From Chloroflexota bacterium (GTDB lineage: Bacteria > Chloroflexota > Dehalococcoidia > Dehalococcoidales > JAFGLR01), in assembly GCA_016210585.1 (NCBI GenBank), contig JACQTX010000204.1, positions 1 through 42,630 on the forward strand: a stretch of DNA of 42,630 nt, in the 5' to 3' direction. Below the pieces are notes generated by a model. It was given only the letters and a program-made list of their open reading frames with translations. It was not told the DNA's origin and searched no databases. How positions within the stretch are numbered: the stretch's first letter is position 1; every line of letters begins with the position of its first letter. Shown here piece by piece: positions 35,188 through 42,630 of the stretch. The position numbers and the translations under genes were made by a program.

Positions 35188-36624
35188 ATGAAGACGTCAA
35201 TGCTCAGGCTGCTCTCTGAAGCCGAAATGAGCTCTATCTACGAGAAAAGCCTTCATCTATTGTCCAATAAGGGTGTAAGAGTGAATTACGAAAAGGGGCT
35301 GAACATCTTGAAAAGATTGGGGGCAGACGTTGACTTCAGCAGTCGCCAGGTCCGTTTCCCTAGAGACCTCATAGAGAACGCCCTGCGCACCGTGCCGCAC
35401 AGTATGGCGCTGGCTGACGGAACCGGAGACTCCTATCTTTTGCCGCACCCAGAAGGTTTGTTTTACACGCGCAGCAGTAGTGGGGCCGTATCTTATATTG
35501 AGCCGGAAACCAATGCCTACCGTGACTTGACTTTAAGTTACGCACGTGAATGCGTTCAACTTGTAGATAACTTGCCCGAAATCAACATGTGTGGCTTGCC
35601 GTCACCCAGGGACGTGCCGACACAGACTGCTGATATCCACGCCCTCAAGCTGGTGCTGGAGAATACTTCAAAGCACATCATGGTCCAGCCATACAGCCTG
35701 GAGAGTCTTGATTACCTGTTTCAGCTTGCTCTGACAGTAAGCGGCGGCGAAGCCGAGTTGAGGAAGAAGCCAAGAATACACGTAATTGGCGGGTCGCTGC
35801 CGCCGCTGGGGTTTAAGGACTGGAACATGGCAGGAATTCTACTGATATGCCAGTATGGCGTGCCCATGATAGCGGGCTGTCTTGCCAGTTCTGGGGGAAC
35901 CGCGCCGATTACCATCGCCGGCACCGTGCTTCTATCCTCTGTGGTGACACTGGCTATGGTTGTAATGAGCCAGATGATTAATCCGGGCACGCCGGTCATC
36001 GGTCTGCCCCTATCATTCGCCATCGACATGCTGACTGGCCGAGTCATGCAATCGACCGTTGAGGACTTGTTGAGCGCAGCTGCCTGTACGCAATTCTTCA
36101 AAGAAGTTTTCCGCATACCAGTGCATACTTACGGTTTTGGCTCCGATGCATACATTCCGGATGGCCAAAGCATGATTGAGAGTTCCCGCATGGCGATGCT
36201 AATCTCGTTAGCGGGCGGCGATATCCTGGGCGGCGCCGGGCAGCTAAATGTGGCCAAAGCCATAAGCCCGGTACAACTAATCGTTGATAATAGCCTGACT
36301 GCCGCCCTGAAACAACTTAGTGCGGGAGTGAAGGTCGATGACGATACCGTGGCCTTTCGCGAGATTCTTGAAGTCGCCCCCGATGGCCATTTTATGGATA
36401 CCCGGCATACCCTACGACATTGTCACGATGCTCTTCGGCAAAGCCTGTTTCTGCTGTCGCCCCTCGAAGTGTGGTGGGCAGAGGGAGGTAAAGACTTCCT
36501 TGCCCGGGCGAACGAGGAATACCGAGACATCAAGAAAAAGATACAGCCCCAGCGCCTCTCTGAAGACGTACAGAAGGAACTGGACTTAATAGTCAGACGA
36601 GCGGATAAGAACTTGGTGAAATAG
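35188..36624 (+). CDS. Trimethylamine methyltransferase (MttB) family protein, non-pyrrolysine, copy 2
   Basis: Colinear with and highly similar to 22191-23627; same length; no in-frame TAG. Confidence 0.9.
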   Translation: MKTSMLRLLSEAEMSSIYEKSLHLLSNKGVRVNYEKGLNILKRLGADVDFSSRQVRFPRDLIENALRTVPHSMALADGTGDSYLLPHPEGLFYTRSSSGAVSYIEPETNAYRDLTLSYARECVQLVDNLPEINMCGLPSPRDVPTQTADIHALKLVLENTSKHIMVQPYSLESLDYLFQLALTVSGGEAELRKKPRIHVIGGSLPPLGFKDWNMAGILLICQYGVPMIAGCLASSGGTAPITIAGTVLLSSVVTLAMVVMSQMINPGTPVIGLPLSFAIDMLTGRVMQSTVEDLLSAAACTQFFKEVFRIPVHTYGFGSDAYIPDGQSMIESSRMAMLISLAGGDILGGAGQLNVAKAISPVQLIVDNSLTAALKQLSAGVKVDDDTVAFREILEVAPDGHFMDTRHTLRHCHDALRQSLFLLSPLEVWWAEGGKDFLARANEEYRDIKKKIQPQRLSEDVQKELDLIVRRADKNLVK

Positions 36625-37092
36625 CTGGGACTGTGCCTGCGCTTCATCAGGTTGAGGCGATGACCAGAAGTGTGAAGTTCTCTCATCTTGGATTTGCGTA
36701 GCCCCACCCATACTCGGGGGCAATAATGCGACCGTCTGCAAGATTGCCGAGGAGGCGAACTTGCCCTTAGGGGCGAGCATTACAGGACCGGGGTGAAGTT
36801 CGCCAGGAATAGAACCAAGATATGAAAGCTGGGCTTGGGCGATAAGATCTCTCTTTCTGAACTTGAATGTTGTAAGAAAAGACCTGTGCCCAGAGCATCG
36901 CTAATGTAGAATCTGGATATACCGATGCGGTAATTCTTTGCTGGCTTGGTCGGAAATGAAGAATCTCCGGACCACCATGCTCCAGTTTGGTTACCGCAGC
37001 GGCTGGTTGAAAATGCTGGCTTAAGGGCTTGTTTCGCGGACTCAATTTCGACTGATATTGCCAGCGAATGCTGGAGTGCAGTTCACACGAGT

Positions 37093-37127
37093 TTGACAGG
37101 TGCTTTGCCCATATCCCATAATGGGCT
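37093..37127 (+). promoter_or_regulatory. Putative promoter of ubiD-aor with an overlapping inverted repeat
   Basis: TTGACA-18-CATAAT; a GCCCAT...ATGGGC palindrome spans the -10. Confidence 0.5.
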
Positions 37128-37170
37128 ATACAAAGTCCGCAAGATAGCAATTAAGAAAGGAGGACTGCCA

Positions 37171-38604
37171 ATGCCATTCAGGGACTTGAGGGAATTCATC
37201 GCCCGGCTGGAGGGAGAGAAAGAAGCAGTACAGATAAAGGAAGAGGTCGACTGGGATCTGGAGGCAGGGGCGATAGTCCGGCTTGCCCATGAAAAAGGGT
37301 TGCCGGCACCATTCTTCCAGCGAGTCAAAGGCTATCCAGAGGGCTACCGTATGTTTGGTGCGCCTCTGGCTACACACAAGAGGGTAGCGATAGCCATGGA
37401 TATGGATGCTGACGCCTCGCTGCGACAGATGATTCAGGAGTATGGCAGACGTGAACGGCAACCCATTAAGCCTGTATTTGTGAAGAACGGGCCGTGCAAA
37501 GAGAACATCTACGTAGGGGAGGAAGTGGACTTGCTGAAATTCCCAGTACCTTTGCTCCATGAAGGTGATGGCGGCCGATACATAGGTACGTTCCACCTTA
37601 CTATTGTGAAAGACCCGGATAGGGAATGGGTGAATTGGAGTATGCAAAGGCACATGGTGCATACCAGGAATACCATGGGCATACTCGCTGAGCCGCTAAC
37701 TCACCTGGGGGGTCTGCTACGCAAGTACGAAGAGCGAAACAAGCCAATGGAGGTTGCCATCGCCATAGGCACTGAACCTGTATCAGCCTTCTGTTCCGCG
37801 TCTCCCATACCCTATGGTGTATCTGAAGTTGACATTGCCGGTGGTATACGTGGTGAACCAGTGGAACTAGTGCGATGTGAAACGGTGGACCTGGCAGTGC
37901 CTGCTACTTCCGAAATTGTCATCGAGGGTGAGTTCCGACCGCACGAGAGAATGTTGGAAGGCCCATTTGGGGAATACACGGGTTATATGGCCGGTGACCG
38001 GGCACCACGCCCGGTAATCACTGCCAAGGCGATAACCCACCGGAACAACCCGATACTTACTGTAACTTGTGAGGGGATGCCATTGACCGAAGGCCAGCTA
38101 ATAGGTTCGATAGGCAAAACTTCGGAGCTAATCGACGCATTGAAGGCAAGGGGACTGCCTGTGACTGATGTCTGCGTATATGCCGAGACGAGCCCTATGT
38201 TGGCCGTGGTCGCCGTCAAAGTTCCCTTTGCCAACGTAGCCAGTGAAATCGCGCATGTGGTCTGGGGGGTAAGAGCCGGAGCGCACATAGCCTATATCAT
38301 AGTTGTCGAAGATGATGTTGACCCATATAACATGTCCGAGGTGCTCCACGCCCTGGTCACCAAGTGCCATCCTTCGCGAGGCATATTCAAGTGGGAACAG
38401 ACTATCGGGTATAAGCTGTTTCCTTTCTTGAACGAGCATGAGAGAAAATACGCCATGGGGGCAAAGGCCTATTTTGATTGTACCTGGCCTGTGGACTGGG
38501 ACCCGGCAGCGGTGCCCAAGAAATCATCTTTCAAGACGATATACCCTGCTCAAATTCAGGAGAAGGCGTTGGCCAAATGGCGTAAGTACGGTTACGCGGT
38601 TTAG
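37171..38604 (+). CDS. UbiD-family (de)carboxylase, phenylphosphate carboxylase subunit-like
   Basis: DLREF, P..HEGDGGRYIGT, VPATSEIVIEG, EGPFGEYTGY catalytic motif, KCHP.RGI, FDCTWP.DW, F...YP...W..YG; RBS AAGGAGG before ATG 37171. Confidence 0.9.
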   Translation: MPFRDLREFIARLEGEKEAVQIKEEVDWDLEAGAIVRLAHEKGLPAPFFQRVKGYPEGYRMFGAPLATHKRVAIAMDMDADASLRQMIQEYGRRERQPIKPVFVKNGPCKENIYVGEEVDLLKFPVPLLHEGDGGRYIGTFHLTIVKDPDREWVNWSMQRHMVHTRNTMGILAEPLTHLGGLLRKYEERNKPMEVAIAIGTEPVSAFCSASPIPYGVSEVDIAGGIRGEPVELVRCETVDLAVPATSEIVIEGEFRPHERMLEGPFGEYTGYMAGDRAPRPVITAKAITHRNNPILTVTCEGMPLTEGQLIGSIGKTSELIDALKARGLPVTDVCVYAETSPMLAVVAVKVPFANVASEIAHVVWGVRAGAHIAYIIVVEDDVDPYNMSEVLHALVTKCHPSRGIFKWEQTIGYKLFPFLNEHERKYAMGAKAYFDCTWPVDWDPAAVPKKSSFKTIYPAQIQEKALAKWRKYGYAV

Positions 38605-38644
38605 ATGGCAAGACTCTGGATAGAGATTCACCTGGAGAACGAAG

Positions 38645-40567
38645 ATGTCTTTGTGTGGGTGGGCTGGTAGAATTCTTAACGTCGACCTGACGAAAGGGCG
38701 GGTGGAACAGGAGCCAATCTCCGCGGACTTTGCGAAGGAGTATATCGGCGGCATCGGGTTCAATGTGGCCAGGCTTTTCCACCTGGTCAAGCCAAAAATC
38801 GATGCCCTGGGACCAGAGAACATAATCATGTTTGGGGTTGGCCCTCTCTGCGGGACCCTGTATCCGGGTGCCGCCCGGCTTACGATAACGGCGAAGTCGC
38901 CGGAGACCGATATCTTCGGGAGCACTAACATAGGTGGACATTTCGCTGCCGAGCTAAAGTATGCCGGCTACGACCAGGTGTGCGTCGCCGGGCAGTCACC
39001 ACAGCCTGTCTATCTGTGGATAGATGATGACCGAGCCGAGCTCAGAGATGCCGGTCATCTCTGGGGAAAGTCTAGCTGGGAAACTGGCTCAGTAATAAGA
39101 GAGGAACTTGCCGACCTTGAAATACAGGTCTTGTGCATCGGACCGGCGGGAGAGAACCTGGTAAGGTTCGCCAGTGTCATTAACCCGCCAAGAGGCGCCG
39201 CTGGACGAACCGGCATGGGTGCGGTTATGGGCTCGAAGCGGCTCAAGGCCATTGCGGTGCGGGGGACAAAGCCTGTAAAAGTAGCCAGACCAGAGGAGTT
39301 CCTTCGCCTGTGCCAGGCATCAACCATATTCGGTCGCAGCGAGCCAAGGTACAAGGTGCTGCGCAAGGGTGGTTCGGCAAACTGGCTGGACTTCGCTGCA
39401 CCTAAAGGTGGCCTTGGGAGGCGAAACTACCAGAGCACACGATTCCCCAACTGGCGAGCACTATCGGCGGAAAGGTTCGTACCCGGAGGCGAGTTCACCG
39501 TGAGAAAACGGGGTTGTTTTTCCTGTCCGATAGGTTGCGCCGGTTTCTTCAATGTCAGAACGGGTGAATTTGCCCAGACGTTTGGGCGAGTACCGGAATA
39601 TGGCATGACATCAATTGGCGTCAGATGCGATATTGATCAGCTTGAGCCCATCTTAAGAATGCAAAGCCTCTTCGACGAATTCGGCATAGACGCAACCAGT
39701 GGCGGCGGCATGATTGCATGGGCAATGGACTGCTACAATAGAGGTCTGCTGAGCCGGGAAGAGACCGATGGCATCAGCCTGGAGTGGGGTGATTATGCCG
39801 CGGTGCTTGAGCTAGTGCCCCGCATCGCGCGTCGCCAGGGATTCCTGGGTAACCTGCTGGCTGAAGGCGAGAAGAGAGCGCCGCAAATACTGGGCAAGGC
39901 ATCAGATAAATTCCTTTACCATATCAAAGGACTTTATGCGGCCACGTATGACCCGCGGGCGGACAAAGTTTTCGGTTTGTCATGTTTCATAGCACCGCGG
40001 GGAGCTGACCATCTCACCGCCAATATACTATGGATACCCGACCTGCTTAGGGACACCGACCTCGGTAAGGAACTAGCAAAGAAGTTCCGAGAGTGCCTTG
40101 CCCTTCCATCGGAAAGCAGAGACGCAAATCTGAAGGGATTAGGGACGGCATTCAAGCTTTGTGAAGACCGGTCCACACTACTCAATGCGATAGAGGTTTG
40201 CACCAGGACAGGTGGCTCCTTTGAATTGCTCCGCCAGGCGCTAGCAGCGGCCACAGGCGTCGAATTTGGTATGAATGATTTGGTTCGCGCTGGCGAACGC
40301 ATTTTTAATATCGAAAAGGCCTTTAACTCACGAGAGGGTCTGACCAGGGAAGACGATAATATTTCTGTCCCGGAGAAATTTATGGGGGAGGCCCTCAGTG
40401 AAGGTCCGTACAAAGGTGACGTGCTTAACCTGAAACCCGTGCTCGACGAATACTATCAAGCTAGAGGATGGGATGTGACGACAGGTCTGCAGACCAGGCA
40501 AACCCTTCAGGAATTAGGCCTGGCAGATATGGTCCCTGAGCTGGAAAGCCTGGGTGCCTTGCAGTGA
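38645..40567 (+). CDS. Aldehyde:ferredoxin oxidoreductase (tungsten/molybdenum AOR family)
   Basis: GWAGRIL.VDL, KSPET, IGPAGE, AAGRTGMGAVMGSKRLKAI, CFSCPIGC, PEY, RGADH, EYY..RGWD. Confidence 0.93.
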   Translation: MSLCGWAGRILNVDLTKGRVEQEPISADFAKEYIGGIGFNVARLFHLVKPKIDALGPENIIMFGVGPLCGTLYPGAARLTITAKSPETDIFGSTNIGGHFAAELKYAGYDQVCVAGQSPQPVYLWIDDDRAELRDAGHLWGKSSWETGSVIREELADLEIQVLCIGPAGENLVRFASVINPPRGAAGRTGMGAVMGSKRLKAIAVRGTKPVKVARPEEFLRLCQASTIFGRSEPRYKVLRKGGSANWLDFAAPKGGLGRRNYQSTRFPNWRALSAERFVPGGEFTVRKRGCFSCPIGCAGFFNVRTGEFAQTFGRVPEYGMTSIGVRCDIDQLEPILRMQSLFDEFGIDATSGGGMIAWAMDCYNRGLLSREETDGISLEWGDYAAVLELVPRIARRQGFLGNLLAEGEKRAPQILGKASDKFLYHIKGLYAATYDPRADKVFGLSCFIAPRGADHLTANILWIPDLLRDTDLGKELAKKFRECLALPSESRDANLKGLGTAFKLCEDRSTLLNAIEVCTRTGGSFELLRQALAAATGVEFGMNDLVRAGERIFNIEKAFNSREGLTREDDNISVPEKFMGEALSEGPYKGDVLNLKPVLDEYYQARGWDVTTGLQTRQTLQELGLADMVPELESLGALQ

Positions 40568-40930
40568 AACGCGATTACCGCCATAGATTAGAGAGCTGCA
40601 AAGGACTTTTGCTTTGACAAGAGACAATCAGATGAGAAGCGTGGTGTCCCAGACCTGTGAGATTTTATGAATGTAGTAGTCTTATCCGGTCGTAGCTAAC
40701 AACCCGCCTTTGGAACAGTTGAAATCAACTACATGTTTCCCAGACAGAAGACGGCAGTTGCCGCTCAGGTGATTTGGCTATTGCCTTGATGCCGAGAGGC
40801 ACCGTGATTTCGGTCAATCCTCTGGTAACGGCTACTTTTGGGAACTGCTTGCTCTCAGACTGCTGAACAAGTCGTCGAGTTAGCACTTTACTTTCTTGTA
40901 CCAGCGATCAGCCTCTTCAAAGTTCCATAC

Positions 40931-41077
40931 TTGAATCCCCGACCGTAAGGTCGAGGGAGGAAGTTCTCCCTGAATCTTTTTAGTGGAGGTTGCCTATAAG
41001 TCACATCGTAGGAAAAGATTCAGGGCAAGCGAAGTTTGAGATAGGTTAGAACCCCGACCGTAAGGTCGGGGAAGTTT
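40931..41077 (+). mobile_element. Non-autonomous IS200/IS605-end-like mini element (PATE-like)
   Basis: Two direct copies of the hairpin CCCCGACC-GTAA-GGTCG(A)GGG(G) (40937-40957, 41052-41071) enclosing a 13-bp IR CCCTGAATCTTTT/AAAAGATTCAGGG; no transposase. Confidence 0.55.
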
Positions 41078-41623
41078 ATGCACATAGAACGGCAGGGCGA
41101 AACGCCTTACTTCGATGCGTGGTTCCAGTCCCATGGCTACCGTATCCGAAAGCTCGGTGCCGGCTGCATCTTCGAAGGCATGGGGGATGCCTTGCCGATG
41201 GGAGACACCATCATCGCCGGATACCGGCATCGCTCCGAGGTCTGTTCCCACCAGGCTCTTGGCGAGATAACCGGCCGCCGGGTGCTTTCGCTTGAGATGA
41301 GCGACCCACTATTCTACCACCTCGATACCTGCTTCTGTCCCCTGGACAACGAGTCAGCCCTTTTCTTCCCCGACGCCTTCGATACCTATGCGAATGAAGT
41401 ACTCGCTAAGACGGTGCCCCACCTGCTCGCCGTCAGCACCATATCAGCGCACCGCTTCGCCTGCAACGCCGTAGTTGTGGACAAGACCGTTATCACCAAC
41501 ACCGGTTGTGACGACCTGAAGCAACCTCTCGCCGAGCGTGGCTATGAACTTAGGATGGTCGAGCTTTCCGACTTCATGAAATCCGGTGGCAGCGCCAAAT
41601 GTCTCACGCTGAGGCTCGAATGA
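41078..41623 (+). pseudogene. 5'-truncated amidinotransferase/dimethylargininase-family gene
   Basis: ERQGE, FEG.GD, FYHLDTCF, FACNAV and F.KSGGSAKCLTL are present, but the N-terminal INPWM / LPDMVFTAN segment is missing; the ORF starts right at the mini element end. Confidence 0.75.
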
Positions 41624-41660
41624 ATAATATTCTGTGCAAGACTCGTACTGAAAGGACTGT

Positions 41661-42074
41661 GTGTATAGCCATCTTTTTGAAAAGTTCCTGGCCAGCGATG
41701 ACACGCTGCGGAAATACCAGGGCTTGAAGCTGGTCTTTTCCTCAACCAGAGACGGGCTGTTACCGCTATTGGAATACACCGTGCCGTCCCGTCCTGACAA
41801 ACACAACGCGGTAGTTTTCGACAAGGTGATGGGTAATGCCGCGGCTCTTCTAGCCATAAATGCTGGCTGCAAAGAGGTCTTTAGCCCGTTGGGCAGCCTG
41901 CCTGCCATGCAGACCCTGGCCAAGTATGCTATGGCTTGTCACTTCATCAAAATCGTTCCCTACATCCAGACTCCGGACGGACAAGCTATGTGTCCCATGG
42001 AGAAGCTATCCCTGGACAAGACGCCTGCCGAGTTCTATACCCTTGTGAGACAGATTATCGAGAAGCAGGGCTAA
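41661..42074 (+). CDS. DUF1893 (TM1506-like) protein
   Basis: GLLPL, DKVMGNAAALL, S.PA...L, VPYI......MCPMEK motifs. Confidence 0.8.
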   Translation: MYSHLFEKFLASDDTLRKYQGLKLVFSSTRDGLLPLLEYTVPSRPDKHNAVVFDKVMGNAAALLAINAGCKEVFSPLGSLPAMQTLAKYAMACHFIKIVPYIQTPDGQAMCPMEKLSLDKTPAEFYTLVRQIIEKQG

Positions 42075-42630
42075 GCAAAAATGGCTTGAGATGGCCAGGC
42101 CGCTGCCCCGGGTAACATTGCACAATCCATCTTATTGTTAAATCACAATCGTCATCCATCTTTCGGTCCAGTTCGTGGCGAATCCGCATACAACGCCAGG
42201 CGGCGATACTTGTAGGTTGCTGCTTGTGCTTGTGATACTTGTGAAGATTGTAACACAACAGCACGGCTGTTAGGCTATGCGCACCCCTATGATTTGATTC
42301 TTCCTTCTCAGAGTTGCTAGCTGCCAGGTAATTGCGCAATGACATGGGCAGCGTAGTAGGGACTTTGCTTAATGACGACCCGCATACTGAAGTTGTTTCA
42401 AGAAGGTCTGGAGTTGTCTGAAAGACACCGAGTACGGATTCAATGCGTGGGTAGGCTTTTGGTAACAAGGTTGTAAGGAAATGGTGTTAAGTTAAACTAA
42501 CTCTGAGGCTAAGAAGGGTATCAATTGCTGAGATACTGAACTATATGGAGTGGGCTGGGGTTATCGGGTATATTGACTTGCAGGACCAATTCGGCTATAC
42601 CTCAGGTGGTGCAAGGTGCAAGCTGCACCA

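Noticed and set aside
22191-36624. Pyrrolysine read-through in the MttB genes (both end in TAG)
   Set aside because: The TAGs are at the normal C-terminus, the Pyl-equivalent position is a sense codon, and no pyl genes are in the window.
36946-37170. 75-aa N-terminal extension of UbiD in the track
   Set aside because: A strong RBS and the family-typical start MPFRDLREF are at 37171, and the extension contains the promoter.
42075-42630. ORF 42055-42468 (-) and the terminal intergenic region
   Set aside because: No motif or RBS support; only a possible promoter (TTGACT-17-TATACC near 42573) for a gene beyond the window.

Overview
The window has two halves. Bases 1 to ~18.6 kb look like an accessory, probably mobile, DNA-metabolism region. 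On the + strand, a run of small hypothetical genes leads into a PRTRC-type prokaryotic ubiquitin-like cassette: Ubl (protein C), F-like, E2 family D (protein B), JAB protease (protein A), ThiF/E1 and an E-like protein. It is followed directly by a divergent DNA polymerase III beta clamp, an ICE/plasmid-type GDWG protein, Ku and an ATP-dependent ligase. Converging on the - strand is an imuB / small ImuB-C-like gene / dnaE2 / uvrD / DUF72 operon with a sigma70 promoter and a LexA-box-like site. Bases ~19.2 to 42.6 kb are an anaerobic catabolic/transport region: FAD oxidoreductase, M20 deacylase, two inverted non-pyrrolysine MttB paralogues, two DMT exporters, TRAP and TTT transporters, nitroreductase, UbiD-family (de)carboxylase, aldehyde:ferredoxin oxidoreductase, a 5'-truncated amidinotransferase next to an IS200/IS605-end-like mini element, and DUF1893. 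The gene content suggests Chloroflexota/Dehalococcoidia (inference). The most interesting candidate system is the Ubl conjugation cassette co-oriented with its own sliding clamp and adjacent to a translesion mutasome and NHEJ genes, which recalls eukaryotic PCNA ubiquitination. No integrase, tRNA, rRNA or CRISPR array was seen. All family assignments come from motif recognition by eye, not from database searches.
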